The position numbers were made by a program, and so were the translations under genes. The notes beneath the pieces are model-generated. The model made no database searches and was not told the origin of the DNA. It was given only the letters and a program-made list of their open reading frames with translations. This document shows positions 1 through 9,472 of a DNA stretch of 64,000 bases, piece after piece; the stretch's first letter is position 1; each line of letters begins with the position of its first letter. Location: positions 16,669-80,668 of the forward strand of contig CAVZZH010000024.1 in the NCBI GenBank assembly GCA_963779695.1, given 5' to 3'. This stretch comes from an uncultured Solirubrobacterales bacterium. Its GTDB lineage: Bacteria > Actinomycetota > Thermoleophilia > Solirubrobacterales > Solirubrobacteraceae.

Positions 1-2
1 CC

Positions 3-914
3 GAGGCGCCGCAGCGCGGCCGCTACCGCCAGTTCTGGCAGGTCGGGGCCGAGGCGATCGGCTCCGCCGGTCCGGAGACGGACGCCGAGCTGATCGTGCT
101 GCTCGCCGATCTGCTCGACGCGCTCAGCGTCAAGGACGTGCGGCTGCGGCTCTCGAGCCTCGGCACCCCCGAGACCCGCGCGGCGTACCGCGACGAGCTG
201 CGCAGCTACCTGCGCCAGCACGAGGACCGGCTGAGCGACGACGTCCGCTCGCGCATCGACCTCAACCCGATGCGCGCCTTTGACGCGAGCGACCCCGGGA
301 CCCGGGAGGTCATGCGGGACGCGCCGACGCTGCTCGAGCGGCTCGCCGACGAGGACGCCACCCACTTTGAGCAAGTCAAGACGCTCCTCGACGACGCCGG
401 CATCCGCTACGAGCTCGACCCGACGCTCGTGCGCGGCCTCGACTACTACACGCGGACGGTCTTTGAGTTCACGAGCGACGCGCTCGGCGCCCAGTCGGGC
501 GTCGGCGGCGGCGGGCGCTACGACGGCCTGATGGAGCAGCTCGACGGGCCTCCGACGCCGGCCTCCGGGTGGGCGGCCGGCGTCGAGCGGATGCTCCTCG
601 CCGCGGGAGACCTCCCGGTCGCGCCCCAGCCGGTCGACGTGTTCGTCGCGCTGCCGACACACGATCCGGCCGGCGGCCGGACCGCGTTCGAGCTTGCTCA
701 CGGCGCCCGGCGCGCCGGCCTGACCGCCCAGCTTGAGCTCGCCGGCCGCTCGCTCAAGGGCCAGCTCAAGCAAGCCGATCGGGTCGGCGCCCGCTACGTT
801 GCCATCGTCGAAAGCCCCTCGACGGCGAGCCTCAAGGACATGCAGTCTGGCGAGCAACGCGAAATCGACGTGCAGAACGTGATCCCCACCATCCTCCGCG
901 GAGACCGCCTCTGA
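3..914 (+). CDS. hisS: Histidine--tRNA ligase (5' truncated by window edge)
   Basis: Open frame from nt 3: PQRGRYRQFWQ (motif 2), LVRGLDYYT, GGGRYDGL, C-terminal anticodon domain (LKGQLKQADR); directly upstream of aspS. Confidence 0.97.
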   Translation, partial: EAPQRGRYRQFWQVGAEAIGSAGPETDAELIVLLADLLDALSVKDVRLRLSSLGTPETRAAYRDELRSYLRQHEDRLSDDVRSRIDLNPMRAFDASDPGTREVMRDAPTLLERLADEDATHFEQVKTLLDDAGIRYELDPTLVRGLDYYTRTVFEFTSDALGAQSGVGGGGRYDGLMEQLDGPPTPASGWAAGVERMLLAAGDLPVAPQPVDVFVALPTHDPAGGRTAFELAHGARRAGLTAQLELAGRSLKGQLKQADRVGARYVAIVESPSTASLKDMQSGEQREIDVQNVIPTILRGDRL

Positions 915-2677
915 TGCAGCACGCACCGCGCCCGAACGAATACCGAGACACCTGGGCCGGCCAGCTCACCGCCGAGCGGGCGGGCACTCAGGCCCGGGTC
1001 GCGGGCTGGGTCCACCGCCGTCGTGACCACGGCGGTCTCATCTTCATCGACCTCCGTGACCGCTCGGGGATCGTGCAGCTCGTGTTCCATCCGGACGGCT
1101 CGGGGACCGCACATGAGCTCGCCCACCGGCTGCGCTCCGAGGACGTCCTCAGTGCGGCGGGTGCCGTCACCCGCCGGGACGCGGCGAACATCAACCCGAA
1201 CTTGCCGACCGGCGAGATCGAGCTGGCCGTCTCCGAGGCAGAGATCCTCGCCGACGCCGACACGCCGCCGTTCCCGCTCGACGAGGGCGACGCCGTCGAT
1301 GAGAACCTCCGCCTGCGCCACCGCGCGCTTGACCTGCGTCGCGCTGAGATGCAGCAGCGGCTTGCGACCCGCCACCGCGTCACCGCGACGATGCGCGAGG
1401 TCTTGAACGGCCAGGACTTCCTCGAGATCGAGACGCCCTACCTCACCCGCTCGACGCCGGAGGGGGCGCGTGACTACCTCGTGCCGGCCCGGATCCAGCC
1501 CGGCGCGTTCTACGCCCTGCCCCAGTCGCCGCAGCTGTTCAAGCAGTTGCTGATGATCGGCGGCTTCGAGCGCTACTACCAGATCGCCCGCTGCTTCCGG
1601 GACGAGGACACGCGCGCCGATCGCCAGCCGGAATTCACCCAGCTCGATGTCGAAATGTCGTTCGTCACCGAGGACGACGTGATCGAGACCATGGAGGCGG
1701 TGATGGGCGCCGTGTTCGAGCGCGAGGGCTTCGACGTCGCCGCGCCGCCGTGGCCGCGGATGACGTTCGCCGAGGCTGTCTCGCGATTCGGCATCGACCG
1801 TCCAGACACCCGCTTCGGGCTTGAACTGGGGGACCTCGGCGAGCCGCTCGCGCAGTCCGAGTTCCAAGTCTTCAAGGGCGCACTCGCCTCCGGCGGCGTC
1901 GTGCGCGGCATCAACGCCGGCCCGCGGGAGCTGCCGCGCTCGGAGCTCGACGCGCTCACCGAGCTCGCCAAGCAGCACGGGGCGAAAGGTCTCGTGTGGA
2001 TGTTCGTCCAGGCGGACGGCAGCCTGCGCTCGCCGATCGCCAAATTCCTCAGCGAGGCGGAGATCGACGGGATCAAGACCCGCCTCGAGGCCCACCCGGG
2101 CGATCTGCTGCTGATCGTCGCCGACGAGCTGACGACCGCCGGCCAGGCACTGAGCGCGCTGCGGATGGAGATTGCCCGGCGCTTTGACCTGATCCCGGCC
2201 GGCCGCCACGACATCCTGTGGATTGTCGAGTTCCCGGCGTTCTTCTGGAACGCGGACGAGAGTCGCTGGGACGCGGCCCACCATCCGTTCACCGCGCCGA
2301 CCGGCAACCTCGACGATCCGGCGAGCCTCACCTCCCGGGCGTATGACCTCGTGCTCGACGGCGCCGAGATCGGCGGCGGCTCGATCCGCATCCACGACCG
2401 TGAGGTCCAACAGCGCGTGTTCGAGCTGCTGGGGATCAGCGAGGAGGACGCACAGGCCCGGTTCGGCTTTCTGCTCGACGCGCTCCGCTACGGCGCGCCG
2501 CCACACGGTGGGATTGCGATGGGCCTTGACCGGATCGTCACGGCGCTCGCCGGGATCGACTCGATCCGCGAGGTAATCGCGTTCCCGAAGGCCGCGAGCG
2601 GGGCCGATCCGCTGACCGGAGCGCCCGCGCCGGTCGACCCGCAGCAGCTGCGCGAGCTCGGCCTGCGCCTCGCCTGA
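914..2677 (+). CDS. aspS: Aspartate--tRNA ligase
   Basis: GWVHRRRDHGGLIFIDLRD, TPEGARDYLVP, LPQSPQLFKQ, CFRDED..RADRQPEFTQLD, GAPPHGGIA. Confidence 0.98.
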   Translation: MQHAPRPNEYRDTWAGQLTAERAGTQARVAGWVHRRRDHGGLIFIDLRDRSGIVQLVFHPDGSGTAHELAHRLRSEDVLSAAGAVTRRDAANINPNLPTGEIELAVSEAEILADADTPPFPLDEGDAVDENLRLRHRALDLRRAEMQQRLATRHRVTATMREVLNGQDFLEIETPYLTRSTPEGARDYLVPARIQPGAFYALPQSPQLFKQLLMIGGFERYYQIARCFRDEDTRADRQPEFTQLDVEMSFVTEDDVIETMEAVMGAVFEREGFDVAAPPWPRMTFAEAVSRFGIDRPDTRFGLELGDLGEPLAQSEFQVFKGALASGGVVRGINAGPRELPRSELDALTELAKQHGAKGLVWMFVQADGSLRSPIAKFLSEAEIDGIKTRLEAHPGDLLLIVADELTTAGQALSALRMEIARRFDLIPAGRHDILWIVEFPAFFWNADESRWDAAHHPFTAPTGNLDDPASLTSRAYDLVLDGAEIGGGSIRIHDREVQQRVFELLGISEEDAQARFGFLLDALRYGAPPHGGIAMGLDRIVTALAGIDSIREVIAFPKAASGADPLTGAPAPVDPQQLRELGLRLA

Positions 2678-2767
2678 CGCCGCCGCGGCCCCGCGGCCGC
2701 CGTGCGCGCCGCCGCCGCCGGCGCGCTGACCCGGCCGCCCCGCGCGTCCGTCGCGAGCAACTCGGCT

Positions 2768-2794
2768 CAGGATCTGGGGGTCAGGAGCCGATCA
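2768..2794 (+). promoter_or_regulatory. Putative sigma28 (FliA/WhiG)-type promoter
   Basis: CAGG-N15-GCCGATCA, compared with the consensus TAAA-N15/16-GCCGATAA. Confidence 0.45.
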
Positions 2795-3531
2795 TGGAGG
2801 TGATGCCACACGTATCGCGCCCGTTGATCGCCTTGCTGGTCGGCACCGTCGCGTTTTTCGCGCTGTGGATCGTCGCGCTCAAACCGCAGACGTCCGGCAG
2901 CGGCTCGGGGGGCAAAGCCCCGCTGCAGTCGGCCGTCGACAAGGCGCACGCCGCCGTGGCGCAGTCCAATGCGGCGAGCGTCGCTCACGGCGGCACCGTC
3001 GCGACGACCTCGACCACGCCGAACGCAACCCCGACCACGCCGAAGACGACGCCGACAACCGCGGCGACGCTCACACCGACGAAGCCGACGCAGGCGGCAA
3101 AGCCGACGAAGCCGACCGAGGCGACTCAGGCGACGCAAGCCGGCGCCGCGGCCGCCAAGGCGAACGCGGCAGCCACCGCCAGGCGGCACGCAGCCGCGGA
3201 GGCGGCAGCGCGGGAGGCCGAGGTCGTTAACGCCCTGCACGCCCACAAGGTCGTCGCTGCGCTGTTCTTCAACTACCGCGCCGCGGATGACCGCGCCGTC
3301 AAGCATGAGCTGGCGTCGATCTCGACGCACGGCGGAAAGGTGTTCAAGCTCTCGATCCCGCTCCGCGAACTCGCGCGCTACCCGGTGATCACCTATCAGG
3401 TGCCGGTCACCGGCTCGCCGACGCTCGTGATCATCGACCCCTCGTGGCACGCGCGGACGATCGTCGGGTTCGCCGCTCAGTTCGAGATCGAGCAGCGGAT
3501 CGTCGACGCGCTGTCGGTCAAGCCGAAGTAG
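2794..3531 (+). CDS. Membrane-anchored protein with Thr/Ala/Pro-rich linker and a C-terminal thioredoxin-like domain lacking CxxC
   Basis: N-terminal TM (LIALLVGTVAFFALWIVAL), low-complexity TTP/KPT region, VTGSPTLVIID cis-Pro-loop-like segment; the start may be ATG 2803. Confidence 0.75.
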   Translation: MEVMPHVSRPLIALLVGTVAFFALWIVALKPQTSGSGSGGKAPLQSAVDKAHAAVAQSNAASVAHGGTVATTSTTPNATPTTPKTTPTTAATLTPTKPTQAAKPTKPTEATQATQAGAAAAKANAAATARRHAAAEAAAREAEVVNALHAHKVVAALFFNYRAADDRAVKHELASISTHGGKVFKLSIPLRELARYPVITYQVPVTGSPTLVIIDPSWHARTIVGFAAQFEIEQRIVDALSVKPK

Positions 3532-3553
3532 CGCTGCTTCTATCCTCGCGCGG

Positions 3554-5017
3554 GTGGACGCACTCGCGTTTGAGCATCATCTGACCTCGCCGCAGGGTCA
3601 CCGGCACGTGCCGGACGGCGATTTCACGATCACCGCCGACGGCGGTTCGTGCTGCGATCGCATCAGCTTCTCGCTCGCCACCGACGGTGAGCAGATCATC
3701 GACGCCGGCTTCGATGCCGAGGGGTGCGGCGCCGCGACCGCCGCCGGCAGCGCGGCGGTGACGCTCGTCCGCGGCCTCGGCCTGCTTGACGCGGCGCGGA
3801 TCGGACCCGCGGCGATCGCCGAGGAACTCGGTGGCCTCAGCACGGCCAAGATCCATGCCGCCGAGCTCGCCGCCGATGCGCTCGCGCGGGCCCTCGGCGC
3901 GGCGGCCCGCGGCGGGGCGGGGCTGGCGTCCCCAGCCGATGGCACGCGCACCCTCGTCGCGATGAGCGGCGGCGTCGACAGCTCAGTGGTGGCGCTTCTG
4001 TGCGCCCGGGAGAGCGAGACGGTCGCGGTCACCCTCGAGCTGTGGGCCGACCCGGAGAACGACGCCGAGCGGAGCTGCTGTTCCTCCTCGGCGGTCGCCC
4101 AGGCCCGGTCGCTTGCGCACTCGATGGGGCTCCCGCACTTCACGATCGACCTCCGGGACGAGTTCCGGGCGGGCGTCGTCGAGCCGTTCATCGCGGGGTA
4201 CGCGGCGGGCGAGACCCCGAACCCGTGCGTCGGCTGTAACGGGCACGTGCGGCTCGACGCGATGCTCGAACTCGCTGAGCGACTCGGGGCGGCGCAGCTC
4301 GCGACCGGCCACTACGCGCGGATCGCGGACACCGAGGACGCCGCCGGGCCGCTGCTTCGCGTCGCCGCGGACCCGGCGAAGGACCAGACGTACATGCTCG
4401 CCGCGCTGGAGCCGGCGAGCCTCGCGCGGATGCGGTTCCCGCTCGGCGAGCTGACCAAGCCCGAGGTGCGGCGGATCGCCGCTGACGCGGGCCTGCCGGT
4501 GGCGAGCAAGGTCGACTCGCAGGATCTCTGCTTCATCGCCGGTACGACGCGGGGTCGCTTCCTCGCCCGCCACGGCGGGCTCGAGGAGCGCGCGGGGCAG
4601 ATCGTTGACCGTGACGGGCGGGTCCTCGGTACCCATTCAGGTCAGCACCTGTTCACCGTCGGGCAGCGGCGCGGAATCGGCGTGGCCAACGGAGAGCCCC
4701 TGTACGTGCTCGAGAAGGACGCTGAGCACAACCGGGTCATCGTCGGACCGCGCACGGCGCTCGCCGCGGGGCGGGTGGCGCTGCGGGCCGTACGCCTGCA
4801 CCGCGACGGCGGACGGGTCGATCGGGTGAAGCTGCGCTACCACTCGGTGCCGCTGCGCGCGGAGATCGACCACGGACTCGGCTCCGGTCGTCACCGCGAG
4901 GCCACCCTGACGCTTCCCGATGGCGTCGAAGGTCCGGCGCCCGGACAGCTCGCGTGCCTGCTCGACGGCGACCTCGTCGTCGGTTGGGGCACGATTGCCG
5001 GCAGCGTCCGGCGATAG
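3554..5017 (+). CDS. mnmA: tRNA 2-thiouridylase MnmA with N-terminal IscU/NifU_N-like domain
   Basis: MnmA motifs AMSGGVDSS, TPNPCVGCN, ATGHYA, KDQTY, DSQDLCF, TVGQRRG; the N-terminal ~120 aa carry GGSCCD, GFDAEGCGAA and KIHAAELAADAL. Confidence 0.93.
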   Translation: MDALAFEHHLTSPQGHRHVPDGDFTITADGGSCCDRISFSLATDGEQIIDAGFDAEGCGAATAAGSAAVTLVRGLGLLDAARIGPAAIAEELGGLSTAKIHAAELAADALARALGAAARGGAGLASPADGTRTLVAMSGGVDSSVVALLCARESETVAVTLELWADPENDAERSCCSSSAVAQARSLAHSMGLPHFTIDLRDEFRAGVVEPFIAGYAAGETPNPCVGCNGHVRLDAMLELAERLGAAQLATGHYARIADTEDAAGPLLRVAADPAKDQTYMLAALEPASLARMRFPLGELTKPEVRRIAADAGLPVASKVDSQDLCFIAGTTRGRFLARHGGLEERAGQIVDRDGRVLGTHSGQHLFTVGQRRGIGVANGEPLYVLEKDAEHNRVIVGPRTALAAGRVALRAVRLHRDGGRVDRVKLRYHSVPLRAEIDHGLGSGRHREATLTLPDGVEGPAPGQLACLLDGDLVVGWGTIAGSVRR

Positions 5018-5031
5018 ACTCGCGGACGATC

Positions 5032-6322
5032 GTGAGGTTTAGGGGCCTTCGGATCGGGGGAATTGTCGTCGTCCTCGCGCTTGCCATCGCCTGGGCGGAG
5101 CACGGTGCGCCCGCGCGCGCGGCCCGGCCGAGCGCGCCGATCGCGGTCATCTCGCCGGGCTCGTGGTCCTGGTTCGGGGATCCCCGCGCGGTCCGCGTTC
5201 ACGGGCGCTTTGACCAGATCATCTCCGGCTGGATCAGCCCGACGGGCGCCGTTACTGTCGCGTCCTACGGCCCGACCGTCGGCGTGCTCCGCGCCACGGT
5301 GGTGGGAAACATGTACCCCGATGACCACAGCAGCCCGTCGCTGTTCGTTGAGCCGGACAAGCGGATCACGGTCTTCTACTCGGGCCACAACGGGGCCGAG
5401 ATGCACTACCGCACGACGCTTGAGCCGGAGGACATCTCGCGGTGGGGTCCCGCACACGACGTTCCGTCACGACGCTACGGCCAACGCGGCTTCACGTATC
5501 CGAATCCGGTCTCGCTGTCGGCCGAGCACGACAAGCTGTACCTGTTCGCGCGGGGCGAGGACTGGAGCGCTGACTTCACGACCCGGACCACCACGGGCCA
5601 CTGGGGACGCGTTCACCGGCTGATCGCCGACCACGGCCAGCGACCCTATGCCAAGGTCGATTCCGACGGCCGGCGCACGATCGCGTTCGCCTACACCAAC
5701 GGTCACCCCCGGGAGACTCTGACCAGCGTGTACTTCGCCGAATACCACGACGGCTGGCTGTGGACCGCCGGTGGTCAGCGGATTCGGTCGCTCGCCAGGG
5801 CGCCGATCTCGCCGCAACAGGGTCAGCTCGTCTACGACGGCCGGAAGACCAAGGTCTCCGCCTGGGTCTGGGACGTCGCCCTCGGCTCGAGCGGCCACCC
5901 GGTGATCGTCTACGCGACGTTCCCGAAGCCAACGAACCATCAGTACTGGTATGCCCGCTGGAACGGGAGTCGCTGGATCTCCCACTTCCTCACCGACGCC
6001 GGCCCAACGATCAGCCCGGGCACGATCGAGCAGCAATATTCCGGCGGGATCGCGCTGGACCACGACAACCCGACTGGACCACGACAACCCGACGATGCTG
6101 TACCTGTCCCGCAAGGTCGATGGCCACTTCCGGATCGAGCGCTGGACGACCTCCGACCACGGCAACTCCTGGCAAAGGGTGGTCGTCGCCTCCGGCGGCG
6201 TCGACAACGTTCGACCGGTCGTCCCCCGGGGGTGGACCCACGGGCCGATGGGCCTGCTCTGGCTGCGGGGACGCTATCGGAGCTATACGACCTACGGGAC
6301 GTCGATCGCCTACCTGCGCTGA
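5032..6322 (+). pseudogene. Secreted BNR-4-repeat (beta-propeller) protein interrupted by a 19-bp tandem duplication
   Basis: Signal peptide, WSWFGDPRA, DDHSSPSL, TYPNP, RPYAK, GHP, YSGG; the C-terminus (TSDHGNSW Asp-box, DNVRP) is in another frame after ~6075. Confidence 0.75.
6055..6092 (+). repeat. Perfect 19-bp tandem duplication CTGGACCACGACAACCCGA x2
   Basis: Copies at 6055-6073 and 6074-6092. Confidence 0.95.
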
Positions 6323-6384
6323 GTTGCGGGTCACCGTTTCCCGGGCATCAGCGGGCACCGGCGGGTGCCTACACTCACAATCCC

Positions 6385-9066
6385 ATGACCTCCGACGAGA
6401 TCCGGCGCACGTTCCTAGAGTTCTTTGAGCAGCACGACCACAGGCGTCTGCCCTCCGGATCGCTGATCCCAGCCGAGCTCGATCCGTCGGCGCTGTTCAC
6501 GGTCGCCGGGATGCATCCGCTCAAGCCGTACTTCCTCGGCCAGGAGCGCCCACCGCATCCCCGCGTCACGACGTGTCAGAAAACGTTTCGGACCGCCGAC
6601 ATCGACATCATCGGCACGACGACCCGGCATCTCACGTTCTTCGAGATGCTCGGCAACTTCTCGTTCGGTGACTACTTCAAGCGCGAGGCGGTTCGCTTCG
6701 CCTGGGACCTCTCCCGGGAGGGTTTCGGCTTCAAGCCGGAGGACATCTGGATCACGGTCTTCGCCGGTGACGACGAGCTCGGCCTCGGCCCTGACGAGGA
6801 CGCGATTGAGGCGTGGCGAGCGGTCGGCGTCCCGCGGGAGCGGATCGTCGAATGCCCGCGCTCGGAGAACTTCTGGCAGGTCGGTCCGACCGGTCCGTGC
6901 GGACCCTGTTCGGAGCTCTACATCGACCGAGGCCTTGCGTTCGGCAAGCCGGACGACCTCCCGGGCGGCGAGAACGAGCGCTTCATGGAGTACTGGAACC
7001 TCGTGTTCATGCAGTTCGATCAGAACCCGGCCGGCACGCTGACACCGCTGCCGGCGCAGAACATCGACACCGGCATGGGGCTCAATCGGATGGGGGCGAT
7101 GCTCCAGGACAAGCAGTCCGTGTTCGAGACCGACCAGTTCGCGCCGTTGATCGAGCTCGGCGAAGGTCTGTCCGGCCGCCGCTACGGCCAGGACTTCGAT
7201 ACCGACCGGGCGCTCCGGATCCTCGCCGACCACAGCCGGGCGATGACGTTCCTGATCGCCGATGGGGTCGTGCCGTCGAACGAGGATCGTGGCTATGTGC
7301 TGCGCCGGGTCATGCGCCGCGCGATCCTCCAGGGCAGCCACACGCTCGGCCTCGACCCGGGATTCCTCCAGGCCTACTCCGACCGCGTGACCGAGCTCAT
7401 GGGGTCCGCGTACCCCGAGCTCACCACGCACCAGGACTCGATCCACACCTGGCTGAGTTCCGAGGAGGAGAGCTTCGGTCGGACGCTCGCCCAGGGGACG
7501 AAGCTGCTTGACGAGCTGATCGCGCGCGCCAGGGAGTCCGGCGCCGAGGGCATCGGCGGCGAGAACGCGTTCCTGCTCCACGACACGTACGGCTTCCCGA
7601 TCGACCTCACGCGGGAGCTCGCGGCCGAGGAGGGTCTTGGGGTCGACGAGACCGGGTTTGAGTCGTTGATGGACGAACAGCGGGAGCGCGCCCGGCGGGG
7701 CGGCGGCCGCGGGACCGGCGCCGGCGACACGCGCGAGCGTGCCCTCGAATTCTCGAGCGCCAGCGGGTTCGCGACCGATTTCGTCGGCTACGAGACGATG
7801 GAGCGCGAGACGACGGTCGGTGCTGTTCAGCGGGACAACGGGCGCGTGCTTGTGAAGCTCGTTGAATCGCCGTTCTACCCCACGGGCGGCGGCCAGATTG
7901 CGGACTCCGGCTACATCGAGTGCGCCGACGGTGATTGCCGCGCCCGCGTTGAGGACGTCGTGCGACTCGGCGATGACCAGGTGCTGACGCTCGTGCCCGA
8001 GCACGGAGAGCTCGAGCCGGGCGAGCGTGTCCACGCCGTCGTCGACCGCAAGACCCGCCACGCGACCGAGTGCAATCACACCGCGACGCACCTGCTCCAT
8101 GCTGCGCTGCGGCAGAGGCTCGGCTCGCACGTCCACCAGGCGGGCTCCTACGTCGGGCCGGACAAGCTGCGCTTCGATTTCACTCACGGCAGCGGGTTGA
8201 GCCCCGAGGACGTGGAGTGGGTCGAGGACCAGGTCAACCATTGGATCCTTGAGAACCATCCCGTGCACGCGCTGACGACGACCCTCACCGAGGCCAAGCG
8301 CCTCGGCGCGATGGCGTTGTTCGGAGAGAAGTACGGCGACGTCGTCCGGATGGTCGAGGTGGGCGACGGGACGTTCTCCCGCGAGCTGTGCGGCGGCACC
8401 CACGTGCACTCGACCTCCGAGATCGGGCTGTTCAAGATCACCAGCGAGACCTCGAGCGCCGCGAACGTCCGGCGGATCGAGGCCCTCACCGGTCCCGACG
8501 GGGTCGATTACATGCGCCGTCACGACGCCGCGCTCGCCCTCGCCGCCGAGACGCTCCGCGTGCCCCCGGAGCGAGTCCCCGATGCGGTCGCCGAGCTCCG
8601 CTCACGGGTTCGTGAGCTTGAGAAGGCGGCGAAGCGCGGCGGCGGGACGAAGGGCAACGGCGCCGTCGATGTCGACGCGCTGCTCGCGGCGGCGTCCGAT
8701 CACGACGGTGCCCGGGTACTGACGGCGGCAGTCGAGGGTGCCGACAGCCAGGCGCTGCTCGACCTCGCCGATCGACTGAAGGCGAAGCTGGGCGACGCCG
8801 CGATCGTGCTCGGGAGCGCCGGCGACGGGCGGGTTGACCTCGTCGCCGCGGTGGCCCCGGCACTCGTCGAGCGCGGTGTGCGCGCGGGCGAAATCGTCAA
8901 GGTGGCCGCGAGCGTGGTCGGCGGCGGCGGAGGCGGGCGCGACACGCTTGCCCGGGCCGGCGGCAAGGACCCGGCAAAGCTCCCCGACGCGATCGACGCC
9001 GCCCGGCACGCGATTGAGTCGGCCCTCAACGCGCTAGTGGTCTCCAGCGACATGGGGAGCCGCTAA
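6385..9066 (+). CDS. alaS: Alanine--tRNA ligase
   Basis: MTSDEIRRTFLEFF start, FTVAGM, RHLTFFEMLGNFSFGDYFK, HTATHLLH, ELCGGTHV, GGGGG; the 1370-aa ORF in the track is an artificial fusion with the upstream frameshifted gene. Confidence 0.97.
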   Translation: MTSDEIRRTFLEFFEQHDHRRLPSGSLIPAELDPSALFTVAGMHPLKPYFLGQERPPHPRVTTCQKTFRTADIDIIGTTTRHLTFFEMLGNFSFGDYFKREAVRFAWDLSREGFGFKPEDIWITVFAGDDELGLGPDEDAIEAWRAVGVPRERIVECPRSENFWQVGPTGPCGPCSELYIDRGLAFGKPDDLPGGENERFMEYWNLVFMQFDQNPAGTLTPLPAQNIDTGMGLNRMGAMLQDKQSVFETDQFAPLIELGEGLSGRRYGQDFDTDRALRILADHSRAMTFLIADGVVPSNEDRGYVLRRVMRRAILQGSHTLGLDPGFLQAYSDRVTELMGSAYPELTTHQDSIHTWLSSEEESFGRTLAQGTKLLDELIARARESGAEGIGGENAFLLHDTYGFPIDLTRELAAEEGLGVDETGFESLMDEQRERARRGGGRGTGAGDTRERALEFSSASGFATDFVGYETMERETTVGAVQRDNGRVLVKLVESPFYPTGGGQIADSGYIECADGDCRARVEDVVRLGDDQVLTLVPEHGELEPGERVHAVVDRKTRHATECNHTATHLLHAALRQRLGSHVHQAGSYVGPDKLRFDFTHGSGLSPEDVEWVEDQVNHWILENHPVHALTTTLTEAKRLGAMALFGEKYGDVVRMVEVGDGTFSRELCGGTHVHSTSEIGLFKITSETSSAANVRRIEALTGPDGVDYMRRHDAALALAAETLRVPPERVPDAVAELRSRVRELEKAAKRGGGTKGNGAVDVDALLAAASDHDGARVLTAAVEGADSQALLDLADRLKAKLGDAAIVLGSAGDGRVDLVAAVAPALVERGVRAGEIVKVAASVVGGGGGGRDTLARAGGKDPAKLPDAIDAARHAIESALNALVVSSDMGSR

Positions 9067-9070
9067 GGTC

Positions 9071-9472
9071 ATGCGCGTGCTCGCGCTCGACTACGGCAGT
9101 GCGCGATGCGGCTGTGCCGTCAGCGACCCCACCGGAGTCCTGGCGACCCCGATCGATCCGGTGCTGGCGCCGAATACGCGGCGCGGGCGCGGGCGGCTGC
9201 GCGCACTCATCACCGAACTTGGCGCCGAACGCGTCGTCGTCGGCCTGCCACTGTCGCTGTCCGGCGGCGACTCGGCCCAGACGACGGAGACCCGGGCATT
9301 CGCCGAGCGGCTCCAGTCAGAGCTATCGATCCCGGTCGAGCTCTACGACGAGCGCTTCACGACGCGGCTCGCCGAGCGCTCGGGCGGCTCCGCGAGTGAG
9401 GACTCGCGGGCGGCGGCCCACCTGCTCGAGGGCTGGCTCGCCTCGCAGGCCCGCGCCGGAGGTCCGTCATGA
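9071..9472 (+). CDS. ruvX: Holliday junction resolvase-like protein RuvX/YqgF
   Basis: LALDYGSARCGCAVSD, VVGLP, DERFTT; conserved alaS-ruvX-mltG synteny. Confidence 0.95.
   Translation: MRVLALDYGSARCGCAVSDPTGVLATPIDPVLAPNTRRGRGRLRALITELGAERVVVGLPLSLSGGDSAQTTETRAFAERLQSELSIPVELYDERFTTRLAERSGGSASEDSRAAAHLLEGWLASQARAGGPS

Noticed and set aside
794-2506. Long antisense ORFs (also 6415-8523, 9467-11713, 18209-19495, 45135-47204 and others)
   Set aside because: These are shadows of real genes in high-GC DNA and carry no motifs.
4954-9066. 1370-aa BNR-AlaRS fusion protein
   Set aside because: It is produced by the 19-bp duplication frameshift. The intervening ~100 aa are out-of-frame sequence, and alaS has its own canonical start at 6385.
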